64,000 nt of DNA, from positions 161 to 64,160 of the forward strand of contig JAJDYG010000030.1 of NCBI GenBank assembly GCA_022822855.1, given 5' to 3'. The stretch comes from Dehalococcoidia bacterium. Its GTDB lineage: Bacteria; Chloroflexota; Dehalococcoidia; Bin125. The notes beneath the pieces were generated by a model that was given only the letters and a program-made list of their open reading frames with translations, ran no database searches and was not told the origin of the DNA. Below, one piece after another: positions 18,448 through 36,644 of the stretch (positions are counted from its first letter, which is position 1; each line of letters starts with the position of its first letter). Position numbers and translations under genes: made by a program.

Positions 18448-20790
18448 ATGACGCAACCACACGAGATCTGGAGTTCGCAGCTCCGCATCGCGGCTGGCCG
18501 GGCAGTGGAGGAAGCGCCGCAGGTCGGGTTCGCCGAGCAGCGGGACCAGCTCGGACGGCTGGTGCGCCTCTCGATCCTGGCCGAGTCGGCCGCCGCTGGG
18601 GCCGACGCATTCATGGATCAGTTCGTCCGTCGGCTCGGTGAGCTGTTCGATCCGGCGGCCCGGTCGTTGACCGGTGCGATCAAGTTCGCGGTCGAGACCA
18701 CTCATGAGGAGCTGCGCGCCTGGAATCGTCAGCATCTGCCCGAGGACCACGCCATGTACGGCGTCTCGTTCCTGATCCAGCGCGCCGATCAGCCGGCCGT
18801 GCTGGGCCAGGTCGGTCCTTCGGTTGGGTTGCTTGCCGGGGACGCCGGACTCGCCGGCCTACGGGCCACGGCACTGTACGTCCACCAGTCTCGCCGGGGC
18901 GACCCTGTCTCGGCTGCGATCGGCAGTTCCGACCCGCTCAATCTGGAGTTCGTCTCGGGACCCGAAGCCTCGGACGGCTGGGCTCTGCTGTTGACCTCGA
19001 ATACGGCGACGATGCTCGATCCCGAGCGGCGTGTTGCGCTGAGCCGGATGGAGGTCGAGGAAACCCTGCGACATCTCTATCCGTCGATGGTCAATCTGCG
19101 CGATGCCGCGGCACTTGTGATCAGCTTGGGCGCCGGTCCGTCGCCGGGCGATTCAGCCGCCCCGCCGCAGACCGAGACCGTAGAAGACGCTGACGAAGCT
19201 AGCGATGATGAACCGCTAGAGGATTCGATAGAACCCGATGATTCCGAGCGTGAACTAGCAATTCTGGATCAAAACCCCATCGAGTTCGGCCGCGACTACT
19301 CGCAAGCCAGTGATGCGAGCGAGGCGGGGGGACGTGCCCCGCCTGCTGCCGGCCAATGGGAAGTGACCTTTGCGCCGCCCGCTCCGGCGGAGCTGGAGGT
19401 CGTCGGTTGGCCGGTCAACCCCTTCGCGGTGACCCGGGTCGACCAGGTCCAGCCGCCGACGCCGCTCCCGGCAGTTGGGCCGCCGCTGACGAAGCCGATC
19501 ATGGAGTTGGGCCGGGCGATCCCTTCGCTGCTCGAGAAACGCAATGAGCCCGCGGTCGAGCAACCCAAGATTCGTCCCCGCGACCCACGGACGCGGTCTG
19601 CGACCGCCCGTCGTGTGGGACTGGTCCTGCTGGGCATGCTGGCCGTGCTGATCGGCGTCGCCGCCGTGCTTCTGGGACCGTCGCTGCTGCAGTCGGACGA
19701 CGATCAGTTCCGCTCCCGGGTCGAGCGGGGCCGCAACGGATTGGCGGCCTCCCAGCTGGCGGTGACGACCGAAGGCGCCAGGCTTTCTCTGCAGGATGCG
19801 CTGAGCGAAGTCGAAGCTGCGCTCGAAATCAATCCCCTGGCCGAGGAAGCCCTGCAACTGCGCGAAGAGATCGAGGCCGTGCTGGCCGAACTGAACCTCG
19901 TCCAGTCGCCCGGCGAGCTCAGCACGATTGCCGATCTCAGCCGGTTCGGCCCATCGATCGCCCTCGGCACGGTCCGTTTCGGAGCAGGCCGCGCGTTTGT
20001 GCTCGACGATGCCGGCGGCCGCGTGTTCAGTGTGAGCGCCGACGGCGCCGTCTCGGTGATTTTCTTGGAAGGCGAGCTGCTCGGGCTTGGCGGACAGTTA
20101 CGCGCCGGCAAGCCGATCTCGCTCGCCTGGCAGACCGCGCAGACGGCGCAAACGGCGCAGACCGCAAATGGCGTGGCCGTGTCGAGCGCCGAAGACGCGC
20201 TCTGGATCCTCGACTCCCAGGATCGGCTCTATCGTTGGACCCCCTCCGGGGTACTGCTCGTGCCGATCCCCGGCCTGGTCCGGCTCGGCTCGGTCGACGC
20301 CGTGGCCGCAACAGCGGGCAGCGTCTACCTGCTCGATCAAGCCGGCGGCGCGGTCTGGCGCTTCGCCGTTGAACGCTCGGAACTGAGCGAACCCGTCCGT
20401 GCGGTCGGTCGCACCGATCTGCTTGAGGCCAGCGAACTGGTCGCCACGGTCAACTCCTCGGGCGCCGTCGAGTTTCTGGTCGCCTCGAGCGACGGACGAT
20501 TACGCCGCTTCAGCGCTGACGAAGAGCTGCCGCTTGCACTCGGACTCCAGCGAAGCCTGCTCAACCCCGCATCGATCTCGACCGGTGCCCAGTCGGGACT
20601 GATCTTCGTCGTCGATCGCGGCGAGGGGCGGATCATCGCGCTCGGGGCGGACGGCAACGTGGTGAGTCAGATTCAGTCGGCCGAGCTGGCCGCGTTGCGC
20701 GGCGCCTGGGTTGACGAGCAATCCGGGCAGATCATCTACGCGCTGCCGTCCTCGATTCTGACCGGCCGGCTGCCCGCCGGTCAGGAGTAG
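18448..20790 (+). CDS. large single-pass membrane protein; C-terminal beta-propeller-like (NHL-type) region
   Basis: 780 aa; TM VGLVLLGMLAVLIGVAAVLLG; repeats AFVLDD..GRVF, LWILDS.DRLY, VYLLDQ..GAVW, IFVVDR..GRII. Confidence 0.75.
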   Translation: MTQPHEIWSSQLRIAAGRAVEEAPQVGFAEQRDQLGRLVRLSILAESAAAGADAFMDQFVRRLGELFDPAARSLTGAIKFAVETTHEELRAWNRQHLPEDHAMYGVSFLIQRADQPAVLGQVGPSVGLLAGDAGLAGLRATALYVHQSRRGDPVSAAIGSSDPLNLEFVSGPEASDGWALLLTSNTATMLDPERRVALSRMEVEETLRHLYPSMVNLRDAAALVISLGAGPSPGDSAAPPQTETVEDADEASDDEPLEDSIEPDDSERELAILDQNPIEFGRDYSQASDASEAGGRAPPAAGQWEVTFAPPAPAELEVVGWPVNPFAVTRVDQVQPPTPLPAVGPPLTKPIMELGRAIPSLLEKRNEPAVEQPKIRPRDPRTRSATARRVGLVLLGMLAVLIGVAAVLLGPSLLQSDDDQFRSRVERGRNGLAASQLAVTTEGARLSLQDALSEVEAALEINPLAEEALQLREEIEAVLAELNLVQSPGELSTIADLSRFGPSIALGTVRFGAGRAFVLDDAGGRVFSVSADGAVSVIFLEGELLGLGGQLRAGKPISLAWQTAQTAQTAQTANGVAVSSAEDALWILDSQDRLYRWTPSGVLLVPIPGLVRLGSVDAVAATAGSVYLLDQAGGAVWRFAVERSELSEPVRAVGRTDLLEASELVATVNSSGAVEFLVASSDGRLRRFSADEELPLALGLQRSLLNPASISTGAQSGLIFVVDRGEGRIIALGADGNVVSQIQSAELAALRGAWVDEQSGQIIYALPSSILTGRLPAGQE

Positions 20791-20857
20791 CCAGGCCCCT
20801 GGCCTGTTGCTGTGAGGGCCGATTAATCTGATCTTCAGAGAGTTGCAAGCTTAACTG

Positions 20858-20969
20858 TTCGCCGTGCCGCCGCTTGCCGCGCCGCCTGCCCGCGCCAACC
20901 GGGACGGGAGCAGCTGGCCGAGTCGAGCACGGACATCGGCTCAGGAGGCGGCGAGAGCGTCACGGCGAA
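20858..20969 (+). other. multi-branched inverted-repeat element upstream of tsaD (candidate structured RNA)
   Basis: Closing stem ttcgccgtg/cacggcgaa, second stem cgcttgccgc/gcggcgagagcg, two internal hairpins. Confidence 0.4.
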
Positions 20970-21019
20970 GCGTGATGATGACCAACAACATCGAGGATCG
21001 TGCCGGAGCGAGGTGAACC

Positions 21020-22069
21020 ATGACGTTTCGAGTGCTAGCGCTGGAGTCTTCCTGCGACGAGTTTGCCGGTGCCGTGATCGAAGACGGGATCGAGGTCCTG
21101 GCCTCGGTGGTGGCCTCACAGGCCGGGATCCATGCCCGCTACGGCGGCGTTGTGCCCGAGGTCGCCGGCCGCGAGCACCTGCGCAACCTGGCTCCCGTGA
21201 TGCGAGCCACACTCGAGTCTGCCGGTCTGGGCTGGGATGATCTCGACGCGATCGCCGTGACCCAGGGGCCAGGCCTGGGCGGTTCGCTGTTGGTCGGCGT
21301 CAATGCGGCCAAGTCCGTCGCGTGGGCGCGTGGCTTACCGCTGATCCCGGTCCATCACATCGCCGGCCACCTCTATGCCAACTGGCTGCGCCCGGCGCGT
21401 GACGATTGGGACGACTCGGCCCCACCCTTCCCCCTGGTCGCGCTGGTCGTCTCCGGGGGTCATACCGAACTCTTCTGGATGGAGGACCATGAGCGGGTTG
21501 AACGGATCGGCCAGACCCGGGACGATGCCGCCGGCGAGGCCTTCGACAAGGTCGGCCGGCTGCTCGGCCTACCCTTCCCTGGAGGCCCGGAGATCGAGCG
21601 CGCCGCCAACCAGGCAACGCCGGAACGGATCGCTGCGCTTGATCCGTTGCCACGGGCCTGGCTCCCGGGCAGCTACGACTTCTCTTTTTCCGGACTCAAG
21701 ACAGCGGTGCTCAACCGGGCGCGCAAGACCGAGGCCGCCGGTCAACCGGTCGACGTGCCGGCGATGGCAGCGCGGTTCCAGGAATCCGTGACCCACGTGT
21801 TGTCCGAGAAGACGGCTCGAGCGGCCGAAGAACTTGGAGCCGCCTGCGTGATTGTGGCTGGCGGGGTCGCCGCCAATGGCGCCCTGCGCGAAGCGCTCAA
21901 GACCCGCTGCGCCGAGATCGGCCTGCCGGTCCGAGTACCGCCGCCCCGGCTATGCACAGACAACGCGGCCATGATCGGGGCCGCCGCTTGCTACCGTCGA
22001 AGCGAAGCGCCGCTCGATCTGGACGTGTTCTCCACCTCAGGGCCGGAAGTCTTCTCACCCGGATCGTAG
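21020..22069 (+). CDS. tsaD: tRNA N6-adenosine threonylcarbamoyltransferase
   Basis: LALESSCDE, GGVVPEVA, HHIAGH, VSGGHT, DDAAGEAFDK, FSFSGLKT, GGVAAN, TDNAAMI. Confidence 0.96.
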   Translation: MTFRVLALESSCDEFAGAVIEDGIEVLASVVASQAGIHARYGGVVPEVAGREHLRNLAPVMRATLESAGLGWDDLDAIAVTQGPGLGGSLLVGVNAAKSVAWARGLPLIPVHHIAGHLYANWLRPARDDWDDSAPPFPLVALVVSGGHTELFWMEDHERVERIGQTRDDAAGEAFDKVGRLLGLPFPGGPEIERAANQATPERIAALDPLPRAWLPGSYDFSFSGLKTAVLNRARKTEAAGQPVDVPAMAARFQESVTHVLSEKTARAAEELGAACVIVAGGVAANGALREALKTRCAEIGLPVRVPPPRLCTDNAAMIGAAACYRRSEAPLDLDVFSTSGPEVFSPGS

Positions 22070-23251
22070 GCGAAGATCCAGGGCCGCAAGCGGACAGATG
22101 CGGCAGGCCAGTTGTCGGCAGCGGGTTCGCTCCAGTTCCAGCAGGGCCTGCGTCTGTGGATGCCGCCAGGCCAGGTGGTTGACCGCGCCGCACTCGATCC
22201 GCTCGCGTAGCTCGTTGGTCCGCCGATAGCGCGCCCCCGCGATCCGGGACCATTGCGTCCATGAGCCGGTGAGCGGATAGACGGCGTCGGCCAGGAGTTG
22301 AGCCGCCCTCGCCGGGCCCAGACGCCTCGCGATCCGCAGTTCGCCGATCGCTTCCCGCGGCGGCAACGAAGACAACCGCTGGAACGCAGCCCAGGGCGCC
22401 GCATCTCCGGTCGTCCAACGCTCCACAAGCGTTGCAAGGATCTGGCCCAGGCCGCTGGCAGAGCCCAGTGCGCCCCGGCCTTGCCGCCAGCCGTCGCCAT
22501 CGACGAGCGGCCGGAAGTCCCGCCACTGTTCAGCGTGTCCCAGCGCCCGGCGAGCGGCATGCTCGCTGATCCGTGTGTTGTTCGGCTGGCCCAGCGCCCG
22601 TGCCGCCGCCACCACCGAACGTCGATCATCGTCGGAGCCGGGCCCGGGAGCGACATGCAGGCCGCGCAGCTCAGCCATCTTGCGCAAGAACCGATGCTGG
22701 CCGATCCGCAGCAGCCGAGCCTCCACCGCGGCCGCGCCTGCCCGTTGTGCGATCCCGGCGCACGGTGGAGCGTTCGTAGCGGCGGCGAACGTCTGGGGCA
22801 GGTCGCTGGTTTCCAATGCCGCGTCGTTCATGGCTGGCGGCAAGTTGCTCATTGCCTGCGGCAAGTTGCTCGTTGCCTGCGGCAAGGGGACGGGCGGGGG
22901 AATCCGCGGATCCGCCGAAGTGGAAGCGCGCCTGCGCGGCTCGGTTCGCTCTACCCATTCCACGACGTGCAGCAGGAGGTTCTCATAGGCTGGGTCGGTG
23001 TCGTGGCCGTGCTGCAACCACGAGTGGGCTTGAAGGTGCAGTTCGACATCGCCGCGCCGCGAGCGGCCTTCCGCATCGAGGATCTGAGCGCCGCGAAAGT
23101 CCGGCCCCGGCCCCCGGTTCCAGCTACCCGGCGAGATCACCCGGATCGGCGACCCCTGAGGCGACTGCAGGAATGGAGTCGGCCAGCGCGACTCGGCCCA
23201 ACGGCGCTGCAGTTCGAGCTCGTTTGCCGCGGGCTCAGCCACTCTGTTCAT
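22055..23251 (-). CDS. DUF2851-family protein
   Basis: N..PGPDF, GDVELH, W..HGH..DPAY..LLLHVV and C-terminal QALLEL...C....C..C. Confidence 0.8.
   Translation of the reverse strand: MNRVAEPAANELELQRRWAESRWPTPFLQSPQGSPIRVISPGSWNRGPGPDFRGAQILDAEGRSRRGDVELHLQAHSWLQHGHDTDPAYENLLLHVVEWVERTEPRRRASTSADPRIPPPVPLPQATSNLPQAMSNLPPAMNDAALETSDLPQTFAAATNAPPCAGIAQRAGAAAVEARLLRIGQHRFLRKMAELRGLHVAPGPGSDDDRRSVVAAARALGQPNNTRISEHAARRALGHAEQWRDFRPLVDGDGWRQGRGALGSASGLGQILATLVERWTTGDAAPWAAFQRLSSLPPREAIGELRIARRLGPARAAQLLADAVYPLTGSWTQWSRIAGARYRRTNELRERIECGAVNHLAWRHPQTQALLELERTRCRQLACRICPLAALDLRLRSG
22837..22886. repeat. 21-bp in-frame tandem repeat (2.4 copies)
   Basis: gcggcaagttgctcRttgcct x2 plus gcggcaag; encodes LPQATSN-LPQAMSN-LP on the minus strand. 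Confidence 0.8.
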
Positions 23252-23531
23252 CCTGCTCAGCCGTATCAGGCGGTTCTAGATTGGGCTCATCGTCCGAGCC
23301 GGACCCCGCCACGAACGGAAACTGAACGTCTTCCGCGACCCGGGTCAGCAAGCGCGCCGCAGTACCGCGCGGCGTGTACTCACCGCGCTCCCACTCGGAG
23401 ATCGTCTGCTGCCGCGCGTTGAGCTCTTCCGCCAGCTCACGCTGGCTCAGTCCGGCGTGACGACGGAGCCGGCGGATCGCCTCGGCGTCCCAGCTGCCGT
23501 CCCGCTGTCTTCTGTCTTCTGTGATACCCAC
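23235..23531 (-). CDS. XRE-family helix-turn-helix protein
   Basis: IRRLRRHAGLSQRELAEELNARQQTISEWERG; overlaps the DUF2851 start; GTG start inferred. Confidence 0.85.
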   Translation of the reverse strand: MGITEDRRQRDGSWDAEAIRRLRRHAGLSQRELAEELNARQQTISEWERGEYTPRGTAARLLTRVAEDVQFPFVAGSGSDDEPNLEPPDTAEQDEQSG

Positions 23532-23642
23532 TGGACCGTGCTCCGGACTCAGGATACACGTTACCGTGTGAACGGGGTGGGATCGCTGACGAAGCCGTCG
23601 GAGCGCTCGGGTCAAGTCAGTCCGGATTGAGCGGATCAGAGA

Positions 23643-23671
23643 TTGACGCAGCAAACGCGTCGGCATACGAT
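23643..23671 (+). promoter_or_regulatory. sigma70-type promoter for rpoBC
   Basis: TTGACG-N17-TACGAT. Confidence 0.7.
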
Positions 23672-23931
23672 GGGGTCTCAACCTATGCCCCAGATCGTCA
23701 CTGCACCCGCAAGTTGCGCGCTGGTTGGCTATGGAGCGCGGTCCGCCAGCCGCTCCTGGCCTTCGCTCCGCTGCGCTCATCAGGTGTGGAATTGCTGACT
23801 GCGAACGGCTTCGGCCGATACCTCCGCAGTCGCAATCGGCCGCATCGCGCGGTGCGCCGTGCCGCTTGGGCAGTCCGCCCCCCGCGGGGAACAGGGCGGA
23901 GATCGACCACGTGGAATGAGGAGGCACGCTG

Positions 23932-32365
<8,434 letters not shown>

Positions 32366-32406
32366 GCGTTCCGGGCTTTGAGCTTCTGAACTGCTCGGGA
32401 GCAACG

Positions 32407-32439
32407 AAACAGCCCCGGCTCATTGAGCCGGGGCTGTTT
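32407..32439. terminator. bidirectional intrinsic terminator between rpoC and groEL
   Basis: Perfect inverted repeat aaacagccccggctca-t-tgagccggggctgttt. Confidence 0.85.
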
Positions 32440-32474
32440 GATTGTCGGCCGTGGTGGCCCGTGGCGGGTTGGAC

Positions 32475-34450
<1,976 letters not shown>

Positions 34451-34499
34451 TGTGCAGTCTTCCATTCCCTGTTGTTGTTGAGGTACCTGATTGCGGACG

Positions 34500-34526
34500 C
34501 TAGCACTCTCACACATCGAGTGCTAA
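34500..34526 (-). promoter_or_regulatory. CIRCE element (HrcA operator)
   Basis: Minus strand TTAGCACTC-N9-GAGTGCTAG (one mismatch to consensus) upstream of groES. Confidence 0.95.
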
Positions 34527-34533
34527 CGAGTGC

Positions 34534-34562
34534 ATCGTATGCAACGAATGCCGGTGCTGCAA
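34534..34562 (-). promoter_or_regulatory. sigma70-type promoter for groESL
   Basis: Minus strand TTGCAG-N17-TACGAT just upstream of CIRCE. Confidence 0.7.
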
Positions 34563-34739
34563 GCAAGTGAGGGTGAGCGAAGCAGCCATTACGTCGCGCG
34601 CCGAGGCTCGCGCGGCGTGGTTGCGTAATCCACTGAACGGAGCGAGGCGATCCATCAAATCGGGCGAGCACGGCGGGGCCGGGGTCGAGGGATCGCCCAG
34701 GAGAAAAAGAAAACGCGAGAAAACAGAAACCGAGGCGAA

Positions 34740-35091
34740 TTACAGGGGGTCGTCGTCTTCCTCGGGCGATTCCTCCTCCTGAGCGGGCCCCCCCCTCTGT
34801 CCCCGCATCAAGTGCGGGGCAGGCTTCTACGAGACATCTCCCCCCGCCGGAGGCGGGGGGAGAGAGGAACAGGTCGGCGTGGTCGTAGAGGTCGCGGAGG
34901 TGGTGGCGGGCGACGTCGTAGGGGTCGGTGGCGAGGTACATCTCGTGGTTGAGGCGGGCTCGCTCGGTGGGGGCGAACAGTTCTCGGACGATGGCGTTGA
35001 GGGCCTTGAGTCGGATGTAGCCGGGGTTGTGGTCGCCTGAGCGTCGCCAGAGGCGGTCGATTTTGGCTCGGAAGTGGTAGGGGTTGGGCAT
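34740..35091 (-). pseudogene. small orphan gene containing a palindromic element, apparently frameshifted at a G8 tract
   Basis: GGAG RBS and ATG at 35091; removing one G from the G8 tract (34788-34795) joins it to an acidic tail AQEEESPEEDDDPL* ending at 34740. Confidence 0.45.
34788..34864. repeat. palindromic repeat family A copy with nested family-B hairpin
   Basis: ccccctctg[tccccgcatcaagtgcggggcagg]cttc...catctcccccc-gccggaggc-ggggggaga. Confidence 0.8.
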
Positions 35092-35201
35092 TGGGGGGTC
35101 TCCTTGGTTTGGGATAGACGTATGTTCTGATGGTGTCGGGGTGATGAGGTGCGTGGGGAGTAGGTGAGGGCGCGGTGTTGTGTTGGTTGCGTTTCGGGGA
35201 G

Positions 35202-35264
35202 CCCCCCTCTGCCCCCGGGTCGGAGCCCGGGGCAGGCTTCGGCATCTCCCCCAAAGGGGGGAGA
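35202..35264. repeat. palindromic repeat family A copy with nested family-B hairpin
   Basis: cccccctctgc[ccccgggtcggagcccggggcagg]cttcggcatctccccc-aaag-gggggaga. Confidence 0.8.
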
Positions 35265-35320
35265 AAAGGGAAAGCGCGGCATATCGCCCACGTGGCGGCG
35301 GAGATAAGGGGAAGCGTGGC

Positions 35321-35492
35321 ACCCCCGCATCAAGTGCGGGGCAGGCAAGCACGGGGCAACGGAGGGGGAGGGAGCGGGTCCCCGAATAAATCGGGGACTG
35401 GGAATAGGAGAGTGGGGTTGGTTGCTGAGACGAGGTGTGTTGCGGTGGCCGGGTTGGGTGCTCTGGGCCCCGTGTCAAGCACGGGGCATCGA
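35321..35492. repeat. cluster of REP-like hairpins (families B and C)
   Basis: ccccgcatcaagtgcggggcaggc (35323-35346, same as 34801-34824); gtccccgaataaatcggggac (35378-35398); 35463-35492 is the exact reverse complement of 63604-63633. Confidence 0.8.
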
Positions 35493-35661
35493 ACGGGCGC
35501 GGGCATGGATGGGAACCGGGAGGCAAGGACTCACGTGGGCGTGTGTCCACCGCGGGTGGTGTATAGGTTTGACAACTGGGGTTGCGGCCTGTTCGTTTTT
35601 CGGGGGTGAGATAGCTTGACGGCGTGAATCAAGTTGCGCCGTCGGCGGGGAGGGCGTTGCG

Positions 35662-36609
35662 ATGAGTCGATATGTCGGTGAGCCGGTGGTCTTCACGGGC
35701 AACGCGCACGCGGAGCTTGCCCGCGATGTGTGCTCGGCGCTGGGCGTCGAGCTGGGCTGCGCCAATGTTTTCGACTTCGCCAACGGCAACACGTTCGTGC
35801 AGTTCCTGGACAACATCCGCGAGCGCGACGTGTTCCTGATCCAGCCGGGGGCGAAGCCGGTCAACCATCACCTGGTCGAGTTGTTGATCATGATCGACGC
35901 GGCGCGGCGGGCCTCGGCCGGGCGGATCACGGCGGTGGTGCCGTACTTCGCCTACGGACGCTCGGACAAGAAGGACCAGCCGCGGGTGCCGATCACGGCG
36001 CGGTTGTTCGCCGACCTGATCCAGACGGCGGGCGCCGACCGGATGCTGACGATGGACCTGCACGCGGGTCAGATCCAGGGGTTCTTCCACATCCCGACGG
36101 ACGAGCTGACCGGTCAGATGCTGCTGATCGAGCATTTCGCCGAGCAGGAATTCAACGGGGTCGTGGTGGCGCCGGACCTGGGATCGGCGAAGCGGGCGCG
36201 GGCGGCGGCGGACCGGTTGCACCTGCCCCTGGCGATCACGGAGAAGCGGCGCAGCGGGAACGAGGACGCGGCGGAAGTGATGCAACTGATCGGCAAGGTG
36301 AAGGGTCGGGACGTACTGATCATCGACGATGAGATCGATACGGCGGGGACGCTCTGCAACGTGGCCGAACTGCTTCGCGAAGAGGGCGCGCAGCGGATCT
36401 TCGGTGCGGCGACGCACGGGGTGCTGTCGGATCCGGCGCTGGAGCGGCTGGACTCGAGCCCGATTTCGAAGGTGGTGGTGACGGACACGCTGCCGCCGAA
36501 GTCGAACGGTTCGGGCTGCGGTCTGGAGGTGGTGTCGATCGCGCCGCTGTTGGGGGAGGCGATTCGTCGGATTCATGAGGGCGACTCGGTCGGGGCGCTG
36601 TTTACGTAG
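35662..36609 (+). CDS. prs: ribose-phosphate pyrophosphokinase
   Basis: PYFAYGRSDKK, MDLHAGQIQGFF, VAPDLG, IIDDEIDTAGT, ATHG. Confidence 0.97.
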   Translation: MSRYVGEPVVFTGNAHAELARDVCSALGVELGCANVFDFANGNTFVQFLDNIRERDVFLIQPGAKPVNHHLVELLIMIDAARRASAGRITAVVPYFAYGRSDKKDQPRVPITARLFADLIQTAGADRMLTMDLHAGQIQGFFHIPTDELTGQMLLIEHFAEQEFNGVVVAPDLGSAKRARAAADRLHLPLAITEKRRSGNEDAAEVMQLIGKVKGRDVLIIDDEIDTAGTLCNVAELLREEGAQRIFGAATHGVLSDPALERLDSSPISKVVVTDTLPPKSNGSGCGLEVVSIAPLLGEAIRRIHEGDSVGALFT

Positions 36610-36644
36610 GGGAACCGGCCGAGTCTCGTTTGCGTCTGTATGGC

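Noticed and set aside
34567-34782. 71-aa plus-strand ORF upstream of groES
   Set aside because: No RBS, low-complexity translation and no recognisable motif.
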